Shown in pieces: positions 51,901 to 63,700 of a stretch of DNA of 64,000 nucleotides. The notes beneath the pieces were generated by a model. That model saw nothing but the letters and a program-made list of their open reading frames with translations. It did no database searches and was not told where the DNA came from. Origin of the DNA: Azolla caroliniana (lineage: Eukaryota; Plantae; Polypodiophyta); assembly GCA_043228905.1 (NCBI GenBank), contig JBHGNT010000018.1:11718001-11782000 (forward strand), written 5' to 3'. The first letter of the stretch is position 1. Each line of letters opens with the position of its first letter. The translations under genes and the position numbers were made by a program.

Positions 51901-54560
51901 GAAAAGGGGAAGAACAAGATGCTGGAGCACGAGATCGGCAATGGTGAGTCGGATCAGATCAGATTCGACTTTGAAAAAGAAGGTGGATCTTCGGCAACAA
52001 AGACCGAACCGGCCAAGAAGGGCCTCACGATAAGTTACGCCAGTCTTCCCGCTAGAAGAACCCCATGAAGCGGTACAAGTACAATGAGTACATGGCGCAT
52101 CACTATGCGTACATGACCAAGGTGGCGGAAGTGCATGAGCCGGAGAGCTACGCAGAAGCGGCAAAGGATGCAAATTGGCATGCCGCTATGGAGGAAGAAA
52201 TGTGGGCACTTGATGCCAACGATACATGGGACCTAGTTGACCCTCCCCGACATTGTAAACCGATCGGATGTAAATGGGTGTACAAGGTAAAGTACAATGC
52301 CGAGGTTCGGTTAACCGGTACAAGGCCCGGTTAGTGGCGAAGGGATACGCACAGATCCACGGAATCGACTACGACGAGACCTTCGTTCCGGTAGCGAAGA
52401 TGATGACGGTTGTTGTGGCAAGGGGGTGGCATCTTCACCAGATGGACATGAAGAATGCATTTCTTCAAGGCGATCTTGAAGAAGAGGTCTTTATGACCCA
52501 ACCCCCCAGTTTCTAGCCGGCTTAAGAAGTCACTTTATGGCTTGAAGCAAGCCCCCCGAGCTTGGAATGTGAAGATCACGCACCGGTTGTGTAAGATGGG
52601 GTTTGCGGCCTCCAAGTCCGACTCTTCGTTGTTCATCTGGCAAGGTCTAGACGGTCCGGTTTGCATCTTGCTGTATGTTGATGATCTAGTCATCCCCGGA
52701 CCCAGACTCGATGAAATCAGTCGAGTCAAGTCCTAGCTGTCGGACGCATTTGAGATGAAGGACCTGGGGGACCTTCACTATTTCCTTGGGATCAAGGTGA
52801 TCCGAACCCTCGACGACATATTGCTCTCACAAAGACACTATGCGTTGAATATGTTGTGCAAGTTCGGCATGACGGAATGCCGACCGATCTCCACACCCCT
52901 GGACTGGAACTAGAAGCTCCGTCCCGACTCTGGACCGGCCTGCAATGAGAAGCGGTTTCGACAAATCGTCGGAAGCCTTATATATTTGACAATCACCCGA
53001 CCCGACGTGATCAACCAATATATGCAGAAGCCGACCATGGCGCACCTTCTGTGCGCGCATCGAATTTTGCGATATGAGAGCGGCACGAAGGACCGGGGAC
53101 TGTTATACCGGCATGGTATAACCGAAGAGCTAGTCGGCTACACCGATGCCGACTAGGCCGACAATGCATTGGATCGTCGATCCACCTCCGGCTATATGTT
53201 TTCCCTAGGTAGCGCGATTGTTGCGTGGAGCAGCAAAAAGCAACCAACAGTGGCCCTTTCAAGCACTGAGGCTGAATACCAGGGTGCTACCGTTTCCACC
53301 TATGAAGCCATTTGGCTTCGGCGACTGTTGCAAGACCTGCGGATCGAGGTGCCGACCCCGATCTTGATCCACTGCTACCGTTTCCATGCTCGCACAAAGC
53401 ACATAGAAGTGCACTACCACTTCGTGCGTGAGCGTGTCCTGAGTGGTGAAGTTGAACTTCGGTATGTTCATATGGATCGGCAAGTTGCCGACATCTTCAC
53501 CAAACTGCTCGGATCGAACAAGTTGCTTGGTGTTCAGCATCTCAATGTGCCACACTTGAGGGGGAGAACGGGCAAAGACACCGGAACGAGCAAAGGCAAA
53601 GAAATTGCCGATTGCGTCGGTGAGGGAAGAACCGACAAAGGGAGAGACAAGAAGAAGAAAGGAGCCAAGTTGACAAAGGAAGTTGACACATCCGAACAAG
53701 TCGGAACAAGTGGCAACGGCGACAGAGTCAAGAAGGACAGAGCCGACCGGAAGAAGAAGGCCAAGACCCGAACATGGTCCGATGTGGTGAAGGGCCTGAA
53801 ACCGGAAGACGAATCGGGAGCGACCGATTCGGACAAGAGCTGGAACGAATCGGAGACAGCCAATTCGGTTCAACAGACGGATTCGGAAGAACTGGATCAA
53901 TTCAAGGCCAAGAGGACGAGAAGGCCGCGAAAGTCGACGCCAACACGAAGGAATCGGCGAATCGGCAAGCGCCAAAGTCACAACAGCGAGGGAGCTGAAT
54001 TGGGCCTGTTGAGCAGACAAGCCGACCGAGGAGGTCGAGGTGCACAGAATCAGAAGGGTCGCGGCAAATGGGATTGGACCAGACAAGGAGCGCAAGCGAG
54101 GCGGAGTGACACCAAAAGGAACCGGGTGGAAGGACTGACTGCCATGGAGACTGACACTACGATCCGACCTCAAGTTGAGCTTGAGGGGGAGTGTTGAGCA
54201 GCAAGCTCAACCGGATCCGGATTGGCTGAATAAGCTTGAGCCGGATCGGCATTCGGAAGGATGAGCCGGATCGGTGAACCGGTAAGCAAGTGAGCTGGGG
54301 AGCTGGGGAGCCGGTTAGCCGGATCTAGTAGTAACCGTAAGCCTAGTAGCAGCCTAGACTACTAGGTAGCTAATGTCTCGTAGTTAGTGTCAGATGCTTC
54401 TGTGACCATTGAAGTACCCCATAGTTCTGTCAGTCCTCTTAGGACTTGTATAATAGTGTTGTTGAGCACGTTGTATGTACAAAGAATTTTATAGAGTTGT
54501 TGATAATAGATTTAAGTTGTTTTGCTCTTTCTCTGTCTCTCCTGCGTACCTTTTGTGTGT

Positions 54561-54597
<37 letters not shown>

Positions 54598-54647
54598 GCT
54601 ATTTGGCTAAGCCGGTTGTCTAACGCTTCCGCACCTTCGTTTTTACA
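48902..54647 (+). mobile_element. Copia element E (LTRs 48902-49310 and 54192-54647), degenerate
   Basis: TSD CTATG and PBS TGGTATCAAAGC at 49311-49322. gag-PR-IN-RT-RH fragments. Confidence 0.95.
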
Positions 54648-57020
54648 CTATGTATGTCAGGACACATCTTAGGCCAGTAAAATTTAGTGGAGATAAGAAC
54701 TAGTGTGCGATGTATTCCAAGGTGCCTTGCTGAGGGTGCATCATGGCATTAAAAAGAATTCTTTTTTTGACCTCAAGAAAATCTGGAACACAAACCTTCC
54801 CATTACGATAGAGCAATTTGTGAGAAATGTGGAAGGATTCCTTCGAGGTTGTGGTGATGTCTGTTCTAGACTCAACTCTTGTCCAATATTTTACAAAATA
54901 ACTATCATCACGATACTTTCCTCGAAGGTGATTATAAAGATATGATGTTATTTCAATGAAGCTAAGCATGTTAACTTCACGGATGCGACTCAGTGCATCA
55001 GCGACAGTGTTCATGGAACCTTTACGGTATCATATGGAAAAATCAAAGTCCTAGATGAGATCAGCCCATTGTGCCTTACGACATTTGAGGTCTTATTGGT
55101 CAAAAAAATATTTCAAGGACTCGTGGTCCGTAGTTACCACAAAACGATTTCCATAAAGATAATGGCACCATGACTTTAGCGCATAAATAACTACAAATAA
55201 TTGCTTTTCTTGCACGGTATACCGACACTGAGTAGAATCAAGTTTCTTACTCTCAAATGCTATTGGTTTACCATCTTGATATAGGACGACACCTATAGCA
55301 TAATCACTTGTGTCGGTTTCAACCTGAAAAGGTTTTGAGGGATCTGGTAAAAGAAGCAAAGGAGCCTTGCATACTAGGTCCTTGAGTTCCTTAAAGGCGA
55401 GGTCTAGTGTAGAATTCCATACAATAGGTTTTGTAGACTTATGCATTTGACCTTTTAGAAGATCAGTAAACGATGTCGTCAATTGGGAATAATTGCAAAG
55501 AGATTTTTGTAAAAACCGGATAAACCCAAGGAATGATCGAACTTCTCAAATATTCTGAAGAGTGGATCAAAGTTTGACTTTCGCGATGCGAGAAGGATCA
55601 ATTTCAACTCCTCATTCAGTTATGAGATGTCAGAGATAAGTAATTGATTTCTTGAAGAACTCTCATTTTGAGATCTTCGTGTAAAACTGTTTGTCACGCA
55701 ATGTTTGTAAAATAAAGCATACATGTTTAGAATGTCCTTCTAATGTACAACTATAAACTAGAATATCATCCAAGGAAATAACGACAAATTTTCCAAGTTG
55801 TTCTTGGAAGATGTCATTCATTTCTTGTTGAAATGTGGCCAGAGCATTGGTCAAACTGAAAGGCATGACCAAAAACTCGTAATGGCCATAGCGCGTACAA
55901 AATACCGTTTTAGGAACATCTTCGTCACTTATACGAATTTGATGGTAGCTTGTACGGAGATCAAGTTTTGTAAAATATCGAGCTCCTCGGAGACGGTCAA
56001 TTAGATCGTCAGCCCGGGACAGTGGATATGAATTCTTGATCGTCACTTTATTCAAGCGTCGATAATTAATACACATACGCCATGTGCCATCTTTCTTTTT
56101 TACCAAGAGAACATTTGCACTCCATGGAGATTTACTATAACGTATATAACCCATTTGTAAATAGTTCTTGAGTTGCTTAGATACCTCATCCTCTTCGGAT
56201 CGACTTAAGCGATACAGAGGTATACTTATTGGTGGAACACCAGGTACAATGTCTATATGATGGTCTATATTACGTTTCGGAGGTAACCCATGTGGTAGTT
56301 CACTCGGGAAAACATCACAAAAATCATTTAAGATTTCATCGAGTTGGTGTTGTTCAAAATATGATAAATGACCCGAAACACTATCAATATTATAAACATG
56401 AATGTTCAGATCAAGTACACAATAAAATAAAGAAGAACAAGACAACTCGGATATTGATGGAGAGGAAACAATCAAAAGAGATTGTTTTTTTACACATTGA
56501 ATAAAATGAGTACAATTGTTCACTACAAAGGTAATAGAATGGTGAACCCAATCAATAGATAAAGAAGAGTTTTTATTATAAAACCAGGGATAACCCACCC
56601 AATATTAATCAATGGTATAAAGATTCATTACATGGAAGTCTACTTCCTCTATATAAGTATCAATAGAAATTCCTAATGAATGAATCGCCCCGTTTATGTA
56701 TTGTACTCTTCCATCAGCCAACTGCACCTTATAGGTGTGATCACTTACGGTGGGTTGGATTCCCCATATTTGAACCAAACGATCATTCACAAAGTTGTGT
56801 GAGCTTCCTGAATCAAATAAAAATTGTACGGGAGATCCATTGATATATCCGTTTGAAAGTAGTAAATAACTAGGTCCCAATACATAGTGAAGGAAATGAC
56901 ATTTATAATTACTTAAATGATGTGTATAGACCTCAAGGCCATCAGAAATTTGACCTTTATGGCCTGCAATTTTGGTTTTGTTGTCATGCTCTTTCCGTTG
57001 GAGCTTTCGACATTGCTCTT

Positions 57021-57805
57021 TGTTAGAAATATTGAGAATAGATTAGATACGTATATAGAATTACAATTACAGAGATGGATATATAAAAACAAAACTTCTA
57101 TTACATATGAGAGTAGCTCACAATGGTAGTTTACCCATGCGCTCACACCTTAGAGCTTAGATAGGATATGGACCAGCTCATTACAAAATTAGTGGGGACT
57201 GATGATCAATCCAACCATTGCGTAAGAAAGTGGATTATATTCTATGTTTGGTCTAAGTATAACATTAAATGTGCAAGTCAGTTGATAGTAGTGGAGATAT
57301 TCCTTTTCTATCAACTAACTTGGCATTTAATATGACCTAGTTCCCTAGATATAGGCCAGTGCTAGATAGTACTTATCTTGAAGTCAATGGCATATACTTA
57401 AGACTAAGTACATCGTAACTTGCCCACAAAATGTTCTAGTTGACTTGATTAGCCAATCCTATTACCTATTTCGCTCTTTCCTAAATACATTGTGTCCTAC
57501 ACATCTACGGTTTCCTAGATTAACACCTTATCAACCCATATGGTCGAGTTGCACACTAGCCACTCCTCATTTGGGGCACTATCACAAAATGTGCACTCTA
57601 AGAGCACATATGGGGATAGATTTACAACTTCAGGTTGATCATTGCTTATATCTAACACACCCCCCTCAATGATCAAGCCATTGAGTTCACTTGGTATTGG
57701 GCCAACTCCTAGTCGTCGAAGGTGTTGTTGTAGTTGTTCTGCTCCAAGCGCCTTGATGTCGGACAATGCTCAAGCTCCACAATCTTCTGATTTATTAGCT
57801 CCCGC
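57021..57805 (-). mobile_element. 3' LTR (57021-57657) and RNase H end of another copia element
   Basis: TGTTAG..CTAACA termini, PPT TTGAGGGGGTG, and RELINQKIVELEHCPT..KALG on the minus strand. Confidence 0.7.
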
Positions 57806-57889
57806 TGTCGTAGTGTAGGTTGCACACTATGTGGAAATTATATTTTTGTCCCTCCGGATAGAGAATGGAGTGCTCGGTGAGAACCGGAA

Positions 57890-57983
57890 GAAAACGGCAT
57901 ACCGACAAGGAGGAAAACGGCATACCGGCAAGGAGGAAAAACGGCATACCGGCAAGGAAGAAAACGGCATACCGGCAAGGAAG
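57890..57983. repeat. About 4 x 23-bp tandem repeat in the LTR
   Basis: Units GAAAACGGCATACCGGCAAGGAG. Confidence 0.9.
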
Positions 57984-58636
57984 AGCCGGATAAAGAGACA
58001 TAAATGTAAAAAGAAAGGAAATACTCACTACTGCGCAAGGCGTGATTTGAACTCTGCACCTCCACGTTGACAAACCCCAACCTTACCATTACATTAAATT
58101 ATCTTAAGTGTTTTAAATATAGATTTAATATGTATAAGACCTTTATTTATGCATACCTTTATTAAAAGGTAAATCGTGTATTTTTTTAATATATGAAAAA
58201 GACGAGACACTAAAAATAACTCATGCACATCTAGCGTGCATGAGCCCTATACTTAGGAAATAAAAAAGCATCACATGCACATTTAGTGGACATGAACACT
58301 TTTTGTAAAAATAAAAAAGCATGAAGCCATGCTTAGCTCTTCCTTCCTTATATAAGGAGGAGAGAAATATGTAAAGGGTTGTTGATTATTTGGATTAAGT
58401 ATTAATCAATACAAAAATTATTCGTGGGATTCACGATTTATACATCTACTTCTCTCTTAACACCCTAAGTACCAATTAATATAGTATACTCGTGTGATTC
58501 ACGAGTTTCTTATCTTTCTCTTCGCTATTTATTCATAATTAATCTCTATCTCACGAACTTCTTTCTCCTAGTCCAAGACCTCTGTGGTTCCCACCCGACT
58601 CACGCAACGATCCGGAGCCGAAAGGCACGACACAGT

Positions 58637-58654
58637 TGGTGAACCCGACGTGAA
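58637..58654 (+). promoter_or_regulatory. Primer-binding site for tRNA-Trp
   Basis: TGGTGAACCCGACGTGAA is the complement of the recalled plant cytosolic tRNA-Trp 3' end (UUCACGUCGGGUUCACCA), 4 nt after the LTR. Confidence 0.85.
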
Positions 58655-58670
58655 GACGGGTGGCAAGGAG

Positions 58671-60710
58671 ATGGAGGCTCAACAAGCTAACAATATGATG
58701 GCGATGTTCGAACGGATGCTTCAAGAACAACGCACGATGTCGGAGATTTCGGCATCAGTAGAGCGGCTCGTGCAACGCAACGGGCAATTTAATGGTAAGG
58801 ATGTGTCGCGATATTTGCAGGACTACAAGGCGGAGATGCTCCGGTGCCGGGCTTCGGAAGGACTGCAAGTGACATCCTTTAACCGGGTGGCGACCGACGG
58901 GCTTCAAGGGAGTATCCACGGGTTGCAACAACAAAATCCGACGTGGGAAGCATTCGAAGAGGCGTTAAAGACCACGTTTGCCATCGAGGACTCCTCCAAG
59001 GCAACGCGGAGGGGATTCGAGGATTGGGTGGAAACGTCAGGTAAGGGGCTGAAGGTCCTCGAAGTGTTTTCGACATTCGAAAGTCGGTTCGGGAGGTTGT
59101 CCGCGAGAGATCAAACTATTCTTGCACCGGACAAAGTCATCATGTTTTTGCGAGCTGTGGACGTCCGGGACCGGAAAGATCTCGGAGTGCTTCTTGAGGA
59201 CACGACCACCGAAAGCGGCCTCACCGAAACATGGGAAAGCGTGCGGGATATCGTCGCGCGGTACACGAAGAGGGGGCAATGGCTTGCCAACGAAGAAAAG
59301 AGGGTTTCGGAACCGATTCCGAAACCGAGAACGGGACTGGAAGACCATCAACCGAGGGCTCGGGAGATTACGGCCGAGAAGGGAGTCGACGCGTCTACGG
59401 TGGAGCAGCTGCTGAAGGAGATGGAGAATCTAAAGATCGCGATGGTGAAGAAGTCGGATGACCGCCCCACAAGCTCCAAATATACGGATCGACGGTGCAT
59501 ATGGTGCGATAGCGCCGAACACGATCGGAGGGATTGCGACGACCATAAGGAGGCGCTACGACGGGATCTCATCTACTACGAGGGAAACCGGATTCATTCG
59601 ATGGACTCTCGGAAGCCACTCCGACCGAACTTCCGGAAAGGCGGCATGAAGAAGGTGCTCGAGGAGGAGTTAGCGGCAAGAAGCAACTATGCGACAACCG
59701 CGGGAATATGTGTCGGGGAGTCATCGGGAGCGAAGGCGTCTTTCTGGCCGGAGGTGCTAGGAAACACCGAGAAAACCGACTCCAACGATATCCGAAACAC
59801 CGCGGAAGGCGTCCGGGAAGCTACGGGATGGGAGTGCCCTGTCGACAAGAATAGCATATACGCCCTGTGTCAATTACATGAGGTGTATGTGGACGAGAAA
59901 CGACGGCGCACGGAGGATGCGGCCGGACCATCGAAGATACCGGAAAGCTGGAACTCCGGAGGTAAGGGAAAAGAAAAGGCGACTCCGGCATTCAAGCTCG
60001 CCTCGGACATAGAACAACAAACCGACTTGAAAAGAGTGTTCGAGGAAAGAATCTTGGATAGCCGGGTAGATTTTTCGCTGCGGGAACTACTCGGAATAGC
60101 GAAGAAGGAGTTTCACGATCTTCTCGTGGATCTCGTGAAAAGGAAGAGACAAAGTACGGAGGAAAATGCTCCAAGGGTGAATGCAAATACCGTTTCAATG
60201 AACGACACCGAAGTGGAAGGCGAAATTCCGAACTCCCACTATACAAGGCCACACTGGGCACGTGCGACTACGGAGACTCCGGTCCGAATCGGCAACATCA
60301 AAGAACCCGTGCTAGCATTGATTGATCACGGATCGGAGATCAACTTGATGTCCAAGGAGTTCTACCGAAAGGGGAAGTGGCCTATAAACACCAACCATGG
60401 ATGGAAGATTCGGGCAGCCACAAAAACGACAGAAGACCTATTTGCGGCTTGTCCGGATGTGACGGTAAAGATCGGGGATGTCGAAATTGACCAAAATTTC
60501 TTTGTGCAGGATGAGGTTTCACATTCTGTCATCCTCGGCCAACCCTTTATCACGGCTTCACGGATGGAGACGAAGGTGCTCGATAGTGGTGCGGCTTTTG
60601 CGCGAATTCGGAGCCAAAACGGAGGGAAATCCGTCCAATTCCTAACGGTACCGGCAAATCACGAAAGGAACAAGAGGGAACTCTTGTCCCAAGTGAGAAT
60701 GGATTTTTAA
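58671..60710 (+). CDS. gag: Gag-protease polyprotein (first ATG 58671)
   Basis: CX2CX4HX4C knuckle (CIWCDSAEHDRRDC) and aspartic protease ALIDHGSEINLM..VILGQPF. No stops. Confidence 0.93.
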   Translation: MEAQQANNMMAMFERMLQEQRTMSEISASVERLVQRNGQFNGKDVSRYLQDYKAEMLRCRASEGLQVTSFNRVATDGLQGSIHGLQQQNPTWEAFEEALKTTFAIEDSSKATRRGFEDWVETSGKGLKVLEVFSTFESRFGRLSARDQTILAPDKVIMFLRAVDVRDRKDLGVLLEDTTTESGLTETWESVRDIVARYTKRGQWLANEEKRVSEPIPKPRTGLEDHQPRAREITAEKGVDASTVEQLLKEMENLKIAMVKKSDDRPTSSKYTDRRCIWCDSAEHDRRDCDDHKEALRRDLIYYEGNRIHSMDSRKPLRPNFRKGGMKKVLEEELAARSNYATTAGICVGESSGAKASFWPEVLGNTEKTDSNDIRNTAEGVREATGWECPVDKNSIYALCQLHEVYVDEKRRRTEDAAGPSKIPESWNSGGKGKEKATPAFKLASDIEQQTDLKRVFEERILDSRVDFSLRELLGIAKKEFHDLLVDLVKRKRQSTEENAPRVNANTVSMNDTEVEGEIPNSHYTRPHWARATTETPVRIGNIKEPVLALIDHGSEINLMSKEFYRKGKWPINTNHGWKIRAATKTTEDLFAACPDVTVKIGDVEIDQNFFVQDEVSHSVILGQPFITASRMETKVLDSGAAFARIRSQNGGKSVQFLTVPANHERNKRELLSQVRMDF

Positions 60711-60764
60711 AGCGGACTGTTGCGGAGTGGGGAAGTGATAGTCCGAGAAGCCCTGATACCCCAC
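60701..60764 (+). other. Candidate -1 ribosomal frameshift signal (G_GAU_UUU plus pseudoknot)
   Basis: Heptamer 60701-60707, 5-nt spacer, stem 1 60713-60723 with 60735-60745, stem 2 60727-60732 with 60759-60764. Confidence 0.85.
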
Positions 60765-63700
60765 ACAGGAAGAAAACTCTCGAAGCAAAACAAGTACGAA
60801 TCGGCCCGGATGGGGCATCTACGTACACGGCCGTAACCGGAGGAATGAAGAAACAATACCGACAAGTGGAGGATAAGTTACGGTCGGCATCAATAATAAA
60901 AGAAGACGAAGAAATCGTGGGAGTGATCGAGGAAGTGTTCTATGGGAATACACTACAACGGCTTGAAGAGCTTGCGGAAGATAAAAGCCAAGGGAACCGG
61001 GTAGTCCCGGTGGAATCGGTCGAGATGTACGAGATCGTTGCGAAAATGGGGCCGGATGCGCTCCGCAAAGAAGAAGCAATGGTAAGTACGAAATACAAGA
61101 CCGTGGAGAAGAAGGTAAAACCGGCCGCGGGACCACTACCCGCCGATAGCGAACAAAAGAAGAAAGAAGTCTCGGGAGATCCGACACTTCGGAAGTCCGT
61201 GGATATCGGACATGCCTTCACAGATGAGACCCGGAAGAAACTTCGGATCGGTGGAGGTGGGTTCCTCTTACAAGAAGAAGAAAAACGGTTTCGAGAGATG
61301 TTGGAGCAACACGGCAAAGCATTCGCGTTCACATCGAGGGAGATCGGATGCATTGATCCAAAGATAGTGGAGCCGATGGTGATCTTCACGATTGATCATG
61401 TACCGTGGAACCTGAAGCCGATTCCGGTGCCACGGGCACATATTCCGAAAGTCATCGACTTGCTCAAGGAGAAGGTGGCGATGGGGATTCTAGAGCCATC
61501 AAGTGCTCCGTACTCAAATCGATGGTTTACGGTTCCGAAGAAGAATGGGTCACTCCGATTCATCCAAGACTTGCAACCGGTGAACAAGGTCACGATCCGG
61601 AACTCGGGAGTCGGTCCGATAGTGGACGAATTCGCGGAAGCTTTTGCCGGACGTGCGATATACTCCATCGGGGACCTATACTCGGGGTATGACCAATTCC
61701 AACTAGCCGTGGAGAGCCGAGACATCACTACCATGCGGACACCGATAGGACTAGTTCGAATGTGCACACTACCACAAGGAGCGACAAACTCGGTTGCACA
61801 TATGATGAACGCGATGAACAAGGTGCTTCGAGATTGCATCCCGGAGATAACGATGCCGTTTCTAGATGACATTCCGATGAAAGGATGCGCGGTGGAAGAA
61901 AAAGATGAGACTATGGATGATCGGGGATGCCGAAAGTTCGTGGTCGACCATATTCATGATTGCGAGAAAGTGTTGCGAAAGCTAGAAGATGTGCACCTAA
62001 CACTTTCCGGGGAGAAATCGGCATTCGGGCAAGAAGAAATATTGGTGGTCGGACATCTATGTGGACCCTACGGCCGAAGACCGTCACCAACAAAGATCGA
62101 TGCGATTCAAGCTATGAAGGAAGTATGTGAGTCAACATCGGAAGTCCGAAGGTTTCTGGGTGCGTGTGCATTCTATCACATATGGATTCCGCACTATGCA
62201 CATATAGCGGACCCGCTCTATCACTTGTTGCGGAAAGGTAAGAAATTCGAGTGGAAACCGGAACACACTAAAGCCATGAGGAAGCTCAAGAAGACACTAT
62301 GGAGGGCGGAATCACTTAAGAAGCCATGCTACGAGCGGCCAATCATAGTAACGGTTGATACAAGTCCAACCGGTATCGGGTGGGTCATCAATCAAGCCGA
62401 CTCGGATGGTTCGCGGTATCCGATCCGATTTGGAGCAAAGGTCCTCAACGAAAGGCAACGCGGATATGCACAAGTCAAAAGAGAATTGTGGGGAGTCGTG
62501 TCGGCGATAAAATCGGATCGGGATTATTTGATCGGAGCTGAAGTGGTGATCGAGACGGATTGTCTTCCGATACTCGGGATGATGCGGTGTTGTACGATAC
62601 CGGATGTGGCTATGCTAAGGTGGATTGCATATGTCAAGTCACTTAATCCGGAGGTTCGACACATCTCGGGGAAGGACAACGCGGTAGCGGACATGTTATC
62701 GAGGGCGCGGTTTGAAGATGACATAACCGAATCAGATAATGAAGAAGTTTCCGAAGACTACTTCACGTCAGAACACATATGCCAAGTGAACGTGATCCGA
62801 GAATTCCGGGAAGAAGAATACGAGGGGGAAACCTTGATGATCGGGAAGATGCTACAAGAGGTCGAGGATTCAACCAATGATAAAGAAAGGAGAGCCGAGA
62901 TCCGAAGGAAGAAGAGGCAAGTCCAAAAGTTCTTCTTGGAAAACGGTTTAATATGGAGGACGCCGAAAAGACCGGATGGGATACCACTTCGAGTAGTCGG
63001 GACGAAAGAGCAACGAAACCGGATAATGTCCGAGTTCCACGAATCCGATTGGGCTGGACATCGAGGAACATGGGCAACTTTTGTGAAAATCAAGCAAAGA
63101 TATTGGTGGAAGAACATGTATAAAGATGTCGCGGAGTTCACAGAAAGCTGCGAGAAATGTCAAGTCTACTCCGGGGTCCGACACCGAGATGAGTTGCATC
63201 CGACATTCTCACCGACAATCAACTTCAAGTGGATGGTCGACATTGTAGCTATGCCGACCGGGATTGGACAAAAGAAATACTTGGTGTTAGCTCGAGAAGA
63301 TCTCACAAACCAAGTTGAAGGTCGAGCGCTTCGGAGGAAAACGTGTGCCGCGGTGTGCCAATTTCTTTTGGAAGAAGTGTTTTGTAGGTACGGCTGCGTA
63401 GGACAAGTGATTGCGGACCGGGGAGAACTCGACTCGGACAAAGCTAGGGGATTCTTCGCCAAACATGGAGTTCGGTTAACGTTGACAACGGCCTACAATC
63501 CGGAGGCCAACGGGAAGATCGAACGAGGACATAGTCCGATCGTGAAAGCACTTGCGAAGGCATGCGACGGAAGGGTGAAGGATTGGCCACAAATGCTTCC
63601 GTATGCACTATGGGCGGATCGGACGACGCATAGCTCCGTGACCGGTTACATGCCGGCAGAACTCATGACCGGACAAGCACCGGTAATGCCAACGGAAACC

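Larger units (their letters stand above)
47104..57020 (-). mobile_element. Degenerate chromovirus-type gypsy F (PR about 56605-56880, RT 55500-56300, RNase H, IN, chromodomain about 47770-47900, 3' LTR 47104-47714), split by copia E
   Basis: Motifs [75 protein letters not shown] and KWMDKSIKDATWE. PPT AAAGAGGGGGGGGA. Confidence 0.9.

Noticed and set aside
57890-57983. 23-bp repeats superficially like a CRISPR array
   Set aside because: No unique spacers, eukaryotic LTR context and no cas genes.
58584-58670. ORF-track start of gag at GTG 58584
   Set aside because: It lies within the LTR/PBS; ATG 58671 is conserved in the other copy (309) and is the more plausible start.
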